From contig CAZECN010000002.1 in NCBI GenBank assembly GCA_964510575.1, positions 82,314-146,313 on the forward strand: a DNA stretch of 64,000 nucleotides, read 5' to 3'. The notes beneath the pieces are model-generated. The model did no database searches. It saw only the letters and a program-made list of their open reading frames with translations, and was not told the DNA's origin. Made by a program: the position numbers and the translations under genes. The stretch is from an uncultured Bdellovibrionales bacterium (GTDB taxonomy: Bacteria > Bdellovibrionota_C > UBA2361 > SZUA-149 > CALKYB01). Positions within the stretch are counted from its first letter, which is position 1. Each line of letters starts with the position of its first letter. Below are positions 1 to 9,778 of the stretch, piece after piece.

Positions 1-149
1 AGCTAAGATAAGAATTTTAGACTTATTGAAGCGCATAGGAACTCCTAATAAAAATGAATGAGTTTCGTCTTTTGTAGTTTCTCAGTAACTTCAGGTTGAA
101 GGCAATAAGCCTGAAAAGGCTGCATTATTTTGAAGAAAAGGTAGAACAG

Positions 150-815
150 CTATTCTGATATTGCCTGCTTTTTAGCCAATTCTCGCTTAGTAGCCTCAGC
201 GTCTCGCAGGTCGTCCTCTACCCAGGAATTGAGGATTTTTTCTTTTCGTTCTTCACTAAGCTGCGGTAGCTCTCGATTTCTTCCATCGCCCGAAATGGAA
301 CTACAGAACATGCAAATAGCCGCTGCTACAGAGATATTAAAACTCTCAACGAACCCATGCATTGGGACATGGGTGGCCATATCAGCACTCGATCGAAATA
401 TCTCTCCGATACCTTGCTTCTCACTACCGAAAATCAAAGCTATCTTTTCTTCAAAGGGGAGCTCTCCAATAGGATAACTTTTAAGCTTAGAATCTTTTTC
501 AACTGGTTCTACAATTACCAGCTTGTAGTCCCTATTCTTCAAGGCGCTAATCGTTTCATTAGCATTTTCATATCTGTGAAGACTAAGCCAGCGGTCTGCT
601 CCTTGAGTGATGCCACTACTAAACTTTCCACCTTTTCCCACCAAGTGAACATCCTGTATTCCAAAAGCATCAGCACTTCTCAAAACTGCTGAAACGTTAT
701 GCTCGTGATGAACTTGGTCGAGCACTAGAGTAACTTGCTCAGTTCTCTTTTCGAGAACTTCCTTCATTCTCTCCAGCCGGCGAGGAAGTAAAAACTGAGT
801 TAAGTCTTCGGTCAT
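150..815 (-). CDS. trmH: tRNA/rRNA 2'-O-methyltransferase, SpoU/TrmH family
   Basis: 221 aa. N-terminus (LERMKEVLEKRTEQVTLVLDQVHHEHNVSAVLRSADAFGIQDVHLV) matches the TrmH/SpoU SPOUT-fold pattern. C-terminal ESFNISVAAAI knot region. Confidence 0.8.
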   Translation of the reverse strand: MTEDLTQFLLPRRLERMKEVLEKRTEQVTLVLDQVHHEHNVSAVLRSADAFGIQDVHLVGKGGKFSSGITQGADRWLSLHRYENANETISALKNRDYKLVIVEPVEKDSKLKSYPIGELPFEEKIALIFGSEKQGIGEIFRSSADMATHVPMHGFVESFNISVAAAICMFCSSISGDGRNRELPQLSEERKEKILNSWVEDDLRDAEATKRELAKKQAISE

Positions 816-1684
816 TATTTTGAGCGTTTTTTAAAGGTGAGAGCGATTGGTACCGAATCGCCTCCAGAAATATTTATTTCGGCTACCTTACCAGCAGAAG
901 CCTCAGAGGATAGATAAAGTTGAGAGGATCCCCCTCCATCAAAGTTCAAAGCGTCCTTAATGCCTAGCCCCGATCTCAGAAGAATGTTTCCAATGTCCTC
1001 AAGTCTAGCCCCTGGAAATCTATAGCGAGTCGCAAAAAGAAGAACCTGTCCAGTTTCAGTAATAGCAATTCCTGAGCGTCGACTTGAACCATTTGATTTT
1101 TTGAAACTTAAAATTTTGGAATTTTCTATAATGCGAGGCCCTGACTGCAGGCCTAGCTCCACACCTTTTGAGGAAAACTTGTCTCGATGCACAATAGAAG
1201 CTTTGTTTTTCTTTAGCTGAAAAACCCCGGTTAAAAGGCTACCGCCTTCTTGAAGTGCATTGCTTGCCTTGCCACCACTCAGTACTAGTCCCAGTGGCTC
1301 ATCTTCAGTTCCAAAGAAATTGGCATTTATGCCTCCTGCAGCATCCCTGGCTTGGACCAGGAGCTTTACACTTTTTCTTTTTCTACGTTGTTGTCTAGCA
1401 TCAGAAACTTCAAACTGATATTTTTCTGGATCAATTAATAAAAGCACCACTTCAGATTTAATCGAAGTAAGTGGGTTTACAATCCAAGCACTGGATTTTT
1501 TTAAACCCTCGGCGAGGTCTACCCAGACAATTTCTCTATGCTCTTCACCATCAGCTGAAGCCTCTACCCACGGCAGGGTAGTTGTGGCTAAGCAAAAGAC
1601 TAGAGAATGAACTATTCGTTTGGAAGAAAAAATCGTTTTGCCGAGAAATGAAGTGCTTTTATCCAATTGCTGGGAGGCCTCCAT
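815..1684 (-). CDS. secreted phosphodiester glycosidase family protein (DUF2233/NAGPA-like)
   Basis: INANFFG and NFDGGGSSQLY motifs are typical of the phosphodiester glycosidase family. A signal-peptide-like segment (IVHSLVFCLATTTLPWVEASA) is present. The ORF track gives a start at 1744. I prefer the internal Met (MEASQQ..., 1684), which shortens the overlap with the upstream gene, but the start is uncertain. Confidence 0.55.
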   Translation of the reverse strand: MEASQQLDKSTSFLGKTIFSSKRIVHSLVFCLATTTLPWVEASADGEEHREIVWVDLAEGLKKSSAWIVNPLTSIKSEVVLLLIDPEKYQFEVSDARQQRRKRKSVKLLVQARDAAGGINANFFGTEDEPLGLVLSGGKASNALQEGGSLLTGVFQLKKNKASIVHRDKFSSKGVELGLQSGPRIIENSKILSFKKSNGSSRRSGIAITETGQVLLFATRYRFPGARLEDIGNILLRSGLGIKDALNFDGGGSSQLYLSSEASAGKVAEINISGGDSVPIALTFKKRSK

Positions 1685-2582
1685 CTTTAAGTTTTCCGGG
1701 TAGTTTTTGACCCGTAATTTTCTCTGCATATTTGGCTGCTTCAATATATAGCTCGAGATTTAGACCAGTCTCAATATCAAGCTCAGAGCAGAGAAAAGCA
1801 AGGTCTTCGGTCGAAATATTGCCTGCAGCTTGTTTTACGAAAGGACAGCCTCCTAGACCACCTACAGAAGCGTCAAAGCGAGAAACGCCAGCTTGAAGAC
1901 CGGCTAGAGCGTTGGCCATGCCCGTACCCCTGGTGTCATGAAGGTGTAGGCCAATCTCAACCTTAGGCCATGATTTTTTGAAAGAGGTGACTAGGTCTTC
2001 CACGGCTTTTGGATTGGCATATCCAGTAGTATCAGCAAAGGTTACCTCGGGCAGTGGAGAATCAAGATGCTGGATATAGTCACTTACGATATCAAGAGTC
2101 TGTTGAGGGGAGATCTTCCCTTCTTCTGAATCACCAAAGGCGGTAGAGACCATCAATCGATCTAGTTCTAAACCATGATTTTTGAAAGCTTCTAGCCAAA
2201 TTTTTGAGGCATCTCTGGCTTCCGTAACTGAAATATTATTATTTCGTTTTAGAAAGCTCTCACTTGCGGCAGTCATTAAATAGCCCTCAGGAGAGAGCTT
2301 CTCGCAGCCAACTGCTCTATCTAGACCTTTGCGGTTTAAGTAGAGAGCTCTATAGCGGACTTTACTATTTTCCTTGAGTCCAGTTGCAACTTGCTCGGCA
2401 TCTGCGTGTTGAGGAACTCTGTCAGGTCTTACAAAAGAAGTAACTTCAATACTGCTGGCACCTGCTTTTACTAGCAGATCAATTAGCTTTAACTTTTCCT
2501 GAACAGGTATAGTCTTCTGCAAACTTTGGAAGCCTTCACGTGGGCCGTCCTCTCGAATTAAGATTTTTTTAGGGTAAGCCAT
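1659..2582 (-). CDS. hydroxymethylglutaryl-CoA lyase
   Basis: 307 aa. TIM-barrel HMGL-like pattern (REGFQS, GLHLHDTRGTGMANALAGLQAGVSRFDASVGGLGGCPF) is diagnostic of HMG-CoA lyase. Confidence 0.8.
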   Translation of the reverse strand: MAYPKKILIREDGPREGFQSLQKTIPVQEKLKLIDLLVKAGASSIEVTSFVRPDRVPQHADAEQVATGLKENSKVRYRALYLNRKGLDRAVGCEKLSPEGYLMTAASESFLKRNNNISVTEARDASKIWLEAFKNHGLELDRLMVSTAFGDSEEGKISPQQTLDIVSDYIQHLDSPLPEVTFADTTGYANPKAVEDLVTSFKKSWPKVEIGLHLHDTRGTGMANALAGLQAGVSRFDASVGGLGGCPFVKQAAGNISTEDLAFLCSELDIETGLNLELYIEAAKYAEKITGQKLPGKLKDGGLPAIG

Positions 2583-2586
2583 TTTT

Positions 2587-4530
2587 TTAAATCTTAGACT
2601 TTAATTCTTCTAAATCTTGAAAATACTTCAAAGCCTCAGGGTTTGCCAGAGCGTGAAGGTTATCAACCTCTTCCCCGTTGATGCAACGTCGCACAGCTAT
2701 TTCAACAGCTTTACCACTACGAGTTTTTGGTATTTCAGGAACTGCTATAATATTGGCTGGAACATGCCTAGGTGAGGCTTCTTTTCTTATCTTTAATCTA
2801 ATTTCATCCTGAAGTTTAGGAGTTAAACCTTTGGTATCACCAGACTTCATTACCACGAAAAGTAATATCTTTTCGCTTCCCTCTGACTGGTGCCCTACTG
2901 CTATGGACTCTACAATTTCAGGAAAGCTGTCCACTACTCGATACAATTCTGCTGTGCCAATCCGAACACCGCCCGGGTTTAGTGTGGCGTCGGAGCGGCC
3001 AAAAATCATCAAGCCACCTTCTTTGGCAATTTCTAACCAATCACCGTGATGCCAAACTTTCGGAAATTTTTCGAAGTAAGACGAGGAGAGTCTTTTTCCG
3101 TCCGCATCATTCCAGAATTCTACAGGCACAACTGGAAAGGGAGATTTGCATACGAGCTCTCCTTTCTCCTCAACCAAGGGTTCACCTTGCTCTGAAAAGC
3201 AATCTACATCCATGCCCAGTCCTTTAACTTGAATCTCTCCTTTTCTAACTGGCTCGCTCACTGCTCCTAAGGCAAAGCAGGAAACAATGTCAGTGCCGCC
3301 TGAAATAGACGAAAGACAGAGGTCTTTTTTTATTTCTTTGTAAACATAGTCGAACTGTTCTGGAATAAGCGGAGAGCCTGTTGATAGTAGGAGTCTTAGA
3401 TTGTTCAGTTTACCTTGAGTATTGACTTTGTTCTTTTCCGCAGAAAGCAAGAAGCTGGCACTTGTTCCGAAAACGCTCCACTCCTCATTTTCCGCTAGTT
3501 CGAATAGACTCTCGTGATTGGGGTAGACTGGCGAGCCATCGTAAAAATTAACTCGCGCCCCAGAGGCTAAGGCTGAGACTAGCCAGTTCCACATCATCCA
3601 ACCGCAAGTAGTATGATAAAAGACGTTGTCCTTAGCGCAGATATCTAGATGAAGCTGATGCTCCTTCATATGCTGAATCAATGCTCCACCAGCTCGGTGA
3701 ACAATACACTTTGGTGAGCCCGTAGTACCGGAGGAAAAAAGTATATAGAGGGGATGATCGAAGGGAAGTTGTTCGTAGGAGAGGCTAGAGATAGAGCTGT
3801 TCTGTTTGATAATCTCTTGAAAGCTCTTTCCACTCTCAGTGTTTTTTCCTAACCAAACAGTGGCAGAGAGAGAATCTAAGGATTTGCTTACTTGTTTAAC
3901 CTTAACTTGGCAGTCAAAGATTTTACCGTTGTAGGAGTAATTAGGAGTAGCGAAAAGAATTTTTGGTTTGATTTGAGTGAAACGGTCTAGAATTCCTTCA
4001 ACGCCAAAGTCTGGAGAGCAGGAGGACCATATAGCGCCAATGCTTGCTGCTGCAAGAAAGCAAACTAAAGTCTCTTGATTGTTAGCTGCTATGGCAGCTA
4101 CCCGGTCACCAGACTCAATTCCTTTCTCTTTTAAAAACTCTGCCATGGCCGCAACCTGACTTTTTAGCTGCTGTCTTGAGAGTTGATGTTTTTCGGTTTC
4201 GGTAAAAGAACAAACTATTGGGTCTTTACTGCCCTGCACTTCCAAAAGGTTTTCAGCGTAATTTAACATTGCTCCTTCAAACCAGATGGAATTACGAAAA
4301 GGGCAAGGTTCGCCTAGACTGAAGGCTTGTTTGAAAGGAGTTGAAAATTTAATCTCGGCAAATTTAGCAAACTCACTCCAAAATAGGTCTATTTTAGTAA
4401 CTGAGAAATGGTGTATTTCATTCCAGTCACTAAATTGAAAACCATGATTGGATTTCAACTGAGTTTTGAAGTCGGAGAGAAGTGAATCTTCTAAGCTAGA
4501 GGGGTTAGGACGCCAGAGAATGTTAGCCAT
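2587..4530 (-). CDS. aacS: acetoacetyl-CoA synthetase (acetoacetate-CoA ligase)
   Basis: 647 aa acyl-CoA synthetase fold (SSGTTGSPK AMP-binding motif). The N-terminus (MANILWRPNPSSLEDSLLSDFKTQL) is typical of acetoacetyl-CoA synthetases. It sits next to the HMG-CoA lyase gene. Confidence 0.75.
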   Translation of the reverse strand: MANILWRPNPSSLEDSLLSDFKTQLKSNHGFQFSDWNEIHHFSVTKIDLFWSEFAKFAEIKFSTPFKQAFSLGEPCPFRNSIWFEGAMLNYAENLLEVQGSKDPIVCSFTETEKHQLSRQQLKSQVAAMAEFLKEKGIESGDRVAAIAANNQETLVCFLAAASIGAIWSSCSPDFGVEGILDRFTQIKPKILFATPNYSYNGKIFDCQVKVKQVSKSLDSLSATVWLGKNTESGKSFQEIIKQNSSISSLSYEQLPFDHPLYILFSSGTTGSPKCIVHRAGGALIQHMKEHQLHLDICAKDNVFYHTTCGWMMWNWLVSALASGARVNFYDGSPVYPNHESLFELAENEEWSVFGTSASFLLSAEKNKVNTQGKLNNLRLLLSTGSPLIPEQFDYVYKEIKKDLCLSSISGGTDIVSCFALGAVSEPVRKGEIQVKGLGMDVDCFSEQGEPLVEEKGELVCKSPFPVVPVEFWNDADGKRLSSSYFEKFPKVWHHGDWLEIAKEGGLMIFGRSDATLNPGGVRIGTAELYRVVDSFPEIVESIAVGHQSEGSEKILLFVVMKSGDTKGLTPKLQDEIRLKIRKEASPRHVPANIIAVPEIPKTRSGKAVEIAVRRCINGEEVDNLHALANPEALKYFQDLEELKSKI

Positions 4531-4580
4531 AGTAAGTGGTTTCTATTAGTATTTTATTTGGAAAAGAGTAGCATACCGAG

Positions 4581-6227
4581 ATGCTTGGGCACTCAAAAAT
4601 AGTTTATAGTATGAATGATATTCTGAAAGACAGCTTTGCTGCAGCCAATTTTGCTAGAGACCTAGGGAAGGTAAAGGAAGCAACTAGTGGTTGTTATGAC
4701 CTAGTGGTTGTTGGCGGAGGAATACATGGGGCTTGGTTAGCTAGAGATGCTATTCTAAGAGGATGTCGAGTGCTTCTACTAGAGGCTCGGGACTACGGTG
4801 AAGGAACTAGTTCTAGATCCTCGAAGATGATTCACGGAGGAGTTCGCTACCTGGAAAGCGGGGATGTCAAACTAGTCTTTGAATCTCTTGCTGAGCGTGC
4901 TCGACTTCTTGATATAGCTTCTCATCTCTCGCGAGAGCAGCGTTTTTTTTACCCTGCGATTAGTGGCAGCACGAGGCCAGGCTGGCAAAATAGAATAGGG
5001 CTTACAGCCTATGATGCGCTGGCTAAGATTTCCTCTTTCCGAGATGGAACAAAAGCTTTGCCTGGTTGCCGAGGAGTATCCGAGTCGGAAGCTGGCTATA
5101 AAAGACTTGAGAAAATGGGTTTAAGTTTTGATAGCTTGCTTGAGTATTCTGACGGTCAAATGAATGATGTCAGAATAGTAGTCGAGGCGATTTTAGATGC
5201 TAGTGAGTTAGGAGCAACTTGCCTGAATCATGCCCCTGTAAAGGCTATTTCTAGAAAAGGAAAAAACTTTCAGGTTGAGTGGGAAAGGGCAGGAGAGTCA
5301 TATAGCTCCGAAACAGAGTTCATTATTAATTGCACCGGTCCTTGGTCTTCTGGGATTGAGAAAATGCTAGGCCGGGAGCAAGACACCTTCCCTAAACTAG
5401 TTTTAAGTCGAGGTACTCACCTATTATTTGACGTGCCTTGGGAAGGGCCAGGGCTAATTCTACCCACAGGAGAGAAGGGAAGGTACTACTTTGTTTGGCC
5501 TCACTTTCACCCAGGCTCAAACGCAACCTTGGTTGGAACCACCGATCAAATAACTAAGGACGTGCCGGATGATCCGCAGGCTAACCAGGTGGAAATTGAT
5601 CAGTTGGTCGGATATATCAAGCGAGACTTGCCAAGTTCAGATTTAGCTGGTGCAGAGTTTTATCAAAGCTTCTGCGGTTTAAGAGCTTTGGCTCAGACCA
5701 ACTCGGGCTCTGGTTCGGTGTCATCAATTTCCCGCTCTGAGATTTGGTTAGAAGGAGAAGGTTGGCTGAGTCTTGCCGGTGGTAAATATACTAGTGCCCG
5801 CCACACAGCTGAATCAGGAATTGGCAAATACTTTGAAAAACAAAAAAAAGCTGCAGTTTCAAAGGATATAATCGAGGAAGTTAGAAGTAGGAAACTACCC
5901 GGATCTCAGGGGCAAGTAGATCAAGTCAAACTCAAGAAGCAGCTAGATAAAACACTGTCAGGGGCCTCTGAGGAGCGAAAAAACGCTATTTTAGACAGTC
6001 TAATTGCTCGTTTCGGCTCAAAATCAGAGGAGGTAATTGCTTATAATTCTTCAGAAAATGTTGATTCCGTGTCTGATGGACTACTTTTCTGCGAAGTAAA
6101 GTATACAATCGAGAGAGAACAACCCATAACAGTAATAGATATCCTGCGACGTCGCCTAGGGCTATCTCACCTGGCTGGTTTTTCCAGTAAAGCGGAAGAG
6201 CTAGTGAGGGAAATTGCCGGGCGATAG
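4581..6227 (+). CDS. glpD: FAD-dependent glycerol-3-phosphate dehydrogenase
   Basis: 548 aa. Dinucleotide-binding VVVGGGIHGAWLARDAILRG followed by SSRSSKMIHGGVRYLE, the GlpD/GlpA family signature. Confidence 0.8.
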   Translation: MLGHSKIVYSMNDILKDSFAAANFARDLGKVKEATSGCYDLVVVGGGIHGAWLARDAILRGCRVLLLEARDYGEGTSSRSSKMIHGGVRYLESGDVKLVFESLAERARLLDIASHLSREQRFFYPAISGSTRPGWQNRIGLTAYDALAKISSFRDGTKALPGCRGVSESEAGYKRLEKMGLSFDSLLEYSDGQMNDVRIVVEAILDASELGATCLNHAPVKAISRKGKNFQVEWERAGESYSSETEFIINCTGPWSSGIEKMLGREQDTFPKLVLSRGTHLLFDVPWEGPGLILPTGEKGRYYFVWPHFHPGSNATLVGTTDQITKDVPDDPQANQVEIDQLVGYIKRDLPSSDLAGAEFYQSFCGLRALAQTNSGSGSVSSISRSEIWLEGEGWLSLAGGKYTSARHTAESGIGKYFEKQKKAAVSKDIIEEVRSRKLPGSQGQVDQVKLKKQLDKTLSGASEERKNAILDSLIARFGSKSEEVIAYNSSENVDSVSDGLLFCEVKYTIEREQPITVIDILRRRLGLSHLAGFSSKAEELVREIAGR

Positions 6228-6386
6228 TCGTGATATCTTTCAGAGGTTTCTTTTAGTTGCGCCAAACTTGGTTGGTTTGAGCATGACTTACACTTACATA
6301 CGGTTTTAAGCTTAATGAAATCAGGAAGAATTTAGTGATTCTTCGCTTGTTAAATATTTGGGAGAGTTTGGTCGCTTTTCCGTTAA

Positions 6387-6944
6387 TTGAGTTTAAAGAC
6401 AATGAAACTTAAAGCTGTAACCCGCTTAGTACTATTAAACCTACTTTTGACAGTAGTATGCATCCCCCTTTTCTCGGACCTCGCGGAGGCTCAGAGTCAG
6501 ACGAACGATTATGAAGATGCTCGAATCGCTTTTCTTGTTGAACAGGATAAATATCAAGAAGACCTAAAAAAATGGGAATTTAAAGTCCAGCAGAAAAAAC
6601 TAAAAGCTCAGCAGAAAGCTAGAAAAGCTTCGATGAAGAAAGCTGAGAAAAGACGTAAAGCTGAGCTGAAAGAAATTAAGCGACAAGAGCGTGAGGCTGA
6701 AAAAGCAAGAAAAGCCGAGGAAAGAGAGCAAAAGAAACTGGCTAAGGCTGAAGCTAAGAAAAAGAGAAGCGCAGCTGCGAGTGAAGAGAGTTCTCGTCCT
6801 GCAAAGAAAGTTTCAGAAAAGAAACAGTCTGAGGTCAGCAAAACTTCGAGAGCAAAGGAAAGCTCTAAAGAAGTTAGCAGAAAGACTACCGAAAAGACCG
6901 AGAAGCGGAGCTTCATTCAGCGACTTCGAGACAGCCTCTTCTAG
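6387..6944 (+). CDS. Lys/Glu-rich secreted coiled-coil protein, hypothetical
   Basis: 185 aa. N-terminal signal peptide (LLNLLLTVVCIPLFSDLAEA), then an extremely K/E/A/R-rich low-complexity region (KAEKRRKAELKEIKRQEREAEKARKAEEREQKK). Overlapping opposite-strand ORFs are low-complexity shadows. Confidence 0.5.
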   Translation: MSLKTMKLKAVTRLVLLNLLLTVVCIPLFSDLAEAQSQTNDYEDARIAFLVEQDKYQEDLKKWEFKVQQKKLKAQQKARKASMKKAEKRRKAELKEIKRQEREAEKARKAEEREQKKLAKAEAKKKRSAAASEESSRPAKKVSEKKQSEVSKTSRAKESSKEVSRKTTEKTEKRSFIQRLRDSLF

Positions 6945-6975
6945 GCAGCTTCTCGTTAAAACTTTCCGAATTGAC

Positions 6976-7009
6976 GCCGCCCTAGCTGACAATAGTCGGC
7001 TAGGGCGGC
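6976..7009 (+). terminator. perfect 11-bp stem / 12-nt loop hairpin downstream of the Lys-rich gene
   Basis: gccgccctagc (6976-6986) and gctagggcggc (6999-7009) are exact reverse complements. It lies 32 bp after the stop at 6944. The following T-tract is weak (taaaaactccaaatttt). Confidence 0.4.
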
Positions 7010-7155
7010 CTAAAAACTCCAAATTTTACAGCCAATTAAAAGAGCCTTCTTTTTGGGCAAAGCCCTTCTGGCTTTGGCCTACCTGTGTTATCTAGTTCCT
7101 TAGGTTAGGCTTTTAGAATGCATAGAATTAGGGGCGCTTTTTGGCGCATTATTAG

Positions 7156-8055
7156 TTGAGTTTCCCAGAGATAATTAGTTCAGGCGAAAGAATACTTTCT
7201 TTCGAATTCTTCCCTCCTAAAAAACGAGAAGGGTTGGAGAAGACACGTAAGTTGATTAGTGATCTTGCGCGCTTTAATCCTCATTTCATGACCTGTACCT
7301 ATGGAGCAGGGGGGGGGACTCGAGATACTACTGTCGAGATAGTCGACTTTATCCGTAATGAGCTTGAAGTTCCTGCCGTGGCCCATCTTACCTGTGTTGG
7401 GCATACAATTGAGGAGCTGGAGTTAATACTTGGAAAGCTGCAAGCTACTGGTCTTAAAAATATACTAGCCTTAAGGGGCGATCCACCGAAGGGCGCGACT
7501 AAGTTCGAACCAGTGGAGGGTGGGCTATCAAGTGCGAGAGAGTTAGTTGAGTTTATCAACAAGAACTATAACTTTAATGTCGCCGTTGCTGGATATCCAG
7601 AGGTGCATCCAGAAGCAACTTCTCCTCAAGCTGATCTAGACTACCTTAAAACCAAGGTAGATGCCGGTGCTGATATCATTATCACTCAGCTCTTTTTTGA
7701 GGCTGATGTATATTTTGCTTTTCAAGAAAAGTGTCGGAAAGCAGGGATTAACGTTCCAATCTTACCCGGGATTATGCCAATTTCTAGTATTAAGCAGGTG
7801 AGAAAGTTCACTGGAATGTGTGGAGCTACTATTCCAGAGGGCTTGCAAAAGAGCCTAGCTGATTTAGAAAAATCAGGTGATGAAGTAGTTGATTTTGGAA
7901 CTGAATACGCAACTGAACTAGTGCAGAATCTTTTGGATGGTGGAGCCCCTGGGGTTCACCTTTATACTCTGAATAAATACAATCAAGTCGGCCAAATTGC
8001 AGAGTCTGTGGGCTTTCCTTTGAATGTTGAGCCTAGCAGGAAAATTTGTTGCTAA
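7156..8055 (+). CDS. metF: 5,10-methylenetetrahydrofolate reductase
   Basis: 299 aa. SFEFFPPK, TCTYGAGGGTRD, LRGDPP, AGYPEVHPEA and ITQLFF motifs collinear with E. coli MetF. Confidence 0.85.
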   Translation: MSFPEIISSGERILSFEFFPPKKREGLEKTRKLISDLARFNPHFMTCTYGAGGGTRDTTVEIVDFIRNELEVPAVAHLTCVGHTIEELELILGKLQATGLKNILALRGDPPKGATKFEPVEGGLSSARELVEFINKNYNFNVAVAGYPEVHPEATSPQADLDYLKTKVDAGADIIITQLFFEADVYFAFQEKCRKAGINVPILPGIMPISSIKQVRKFTGMCGATIPEGLQKSLADLEKSGDEVVDFGTEYATELVQNLLDGGAPGVHLYTLNKYNQVGQIAESVGFPLNVEPSRKICC

Positions 8056-8072
8056 ACTAGTTGGCGGTATTT

Positions 8073-9662
8073 TTATCGTTCGACTTTGTATTGAGTTTTA
8101 GAAGGTTTTGCCTGAGCAATTTTTTTCAGTCCTCGCTCGTTTTGTGCCAAGTGTTCCAGAATCCAGTACACCGTTTCAGATTGAGGCTTGATGCCAATCT
8201 CTACCGCAAGTTCTTCAGCTGTGAATTCGGCTGTGTCTTTGGTCAATAACTGCTTCTGAATAGCCTCTTGAATTTCAAGGACTTTGTTTGCTGCTTTTTT
8301 TCCAGCTTCTACACCAGGTTGGTTGTAGGCGTTAACATCAACTAATTCAGCGTATAGTCCGACGGCTCTTTCGTAGAGTGCGAGTAGAGCCCCTAAGCTT
8401 TTTTCGGTTAATTTATCTAGCGTAATTAAATAACTCTGGCGCTTGCTCTCTGAAAGAGCTTGAGAAGTTCCAAGTAAAAACCCCTGAAGATAATCGCCCG
8501 AGGTTATGCCAGGAGTTATTTCTAATGAAGGACTACTAATATCCTTTTTGTCCTGTAGTACTTGGATGAAGTTCGCCACAAAATCATTTTTACCATCTCG
8601 TAATTGTTGAATATAAGCGTGTTGGTCAGTAGAGCCCTTGTTTCCAAAAACAGAAATCCCCTGAAAAACATCTTTGCCGGAGCGGTTTAGTTTTTTTCCT
8701 AAGGATTCCATCACCAACTGTTGGAGGTATCTTCCAGTTAGAAGTAGCCGGTCTTTGTATGGAAGCACTACTAGAGATTTTTCCCCTTGTCCGTTTCCGG
8801 CAACGAACCAGCTCGCAGCTAGAAGAGCCGCTGGATTTTCTGCTGAAGAGGCACTTCTCGAAAGCTGATCCATACTTGCAGCGCCGGCTAGAAACTCTCT
8901 TATATTTCCGCCGAGCAGAGCCAGTGGTAGCAGCCCTACAGTAGAGTTTATACTAGTTCTGCCACCTACCCAGTCCCAGACATAAAAAGTTTTTAGCCAA
9001 TCCTCATTCTTAGCCCGTTGGTCGAGTTTACTGCCTTCAAGAGTTATGGCCACAGCAGAGTCAGCAAACTTTAGGGATTGAGCTGTATAAGCATGCTCAA
9101 TTTCCTTTGACGCGTTAAAGGTCTCTCGTGTGCCACCGGACTTAGAAACTACAAATACAAGAGTTTGAGCGAGTTCATTCTTTAGTTTTTCTAGGGTGCG
9201 ACTTATGCCATCAGGATCGGTATTGTCGCAGAAATAAAAGTTAAGAGACTTAGGGTTTAGATCCCAGAAACAGTCAGAGAGGAGTTGAGGACCCAGGGCA
9301 GAACCACCTATTCCTGCAATCAATACATTTTTAAATTTTCCGCCTTTGGAGGCAATTTCCCCTGTGAGTATTTTTTCTGAAAATTGTTCTACTTGAGTAA
9401 TTGAGTTTTCAATTTGAGTAGAGATTTCTTTAGTAGGTGCGAGCGTTGAATTTCGAAGCCAGTAGTGGCCGACCATTCTTTTCTCATCGGCGTTAGCTAT
9501 ACTACCAGCTTCTAGCTCTTTCATTGCTTCAAGAGCCTGAGAGAGTGCTGGGAGCAAGGGTTCTAACCAGCCCTCTGATAAGCTCATTTTGCTCAGATCA
9601 ATTGAAAGACTAGGCTCATCTAGTTGAATAAAAAATTTATCGAGGTGATCCAGTTCAGCCAT
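8073..9662 (-). CDS. pgi: glucose-6-phosphate isomerase
   Basis: 529 aa. GGRTSINSTVGLLPLALLGG and GIGGSALGP motifs, PGI family. Confidence 0.85.
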   Translation of the reverse strand: MAELDHLDKFFIQLDEPSLSIDLSKMSLSEGWLEPLLPALSQALEAMKELEAGSIANADEKRMVGHYWLRNSTLAPTKEISTQIENSITQVEQFSEKILTGEIASKGGKFKNVLIAGIGGSALGPQLLSDCFWDLNPKSLNFYFCDNTDPDGISRTLEKLKNELAQTLVFVVSKSGGTRETFNASKEIEHAYTAQSLKFADSAVAITLEGSKLDQRAKNEDWLKTFYVWDWVGGRTSINSTVGLLPLALLGGNIREFLAGAASMDQLSRSASSAENPAALLAASWFVAGNGQGEKSLVVLPYKDRLLLTGRYLQQLVMESLGKKLNRSGKDVFQGISVFGNKGSTDQHAYIQQLRDGKNDFVANFIQVLQDKKDISSPSLEITPGITSGDYLQGFLLGTSQALSESKRQSYLITLDKLTEKSLGALLALYERAVGLYAELVDVNAYNQPGVEAGKKAANKVLEIQEAIQKQLLTKDTAEFTAEELAVEIGIKPQSETVYWILEHLAQNERGLKKIAQAKPSKTQYKVER

Positions 9663-9778
9663 GTTCGATTAAACTCGCTTTATTAAATGTCGCTTCTTGC
9701 TATTTTTTCGCTGTCACTTTTCCATGCTTTTGGCTATCTTGGGTTACTGCAGATTTACCCAAGAGATCTTTCATCCTG

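Noticed and set aside
6608-7095. Several overlapping ORFs on both strands (6608-6916 minus, 6691-7095 plus, 6813-7022 minus)
   Set aside because: All lie within or alongside the Lys/Glu-rich gene 6387-6944. They are low-complexity frame shadows, and only the signal-peptide-bearing frame has gene-like structure.
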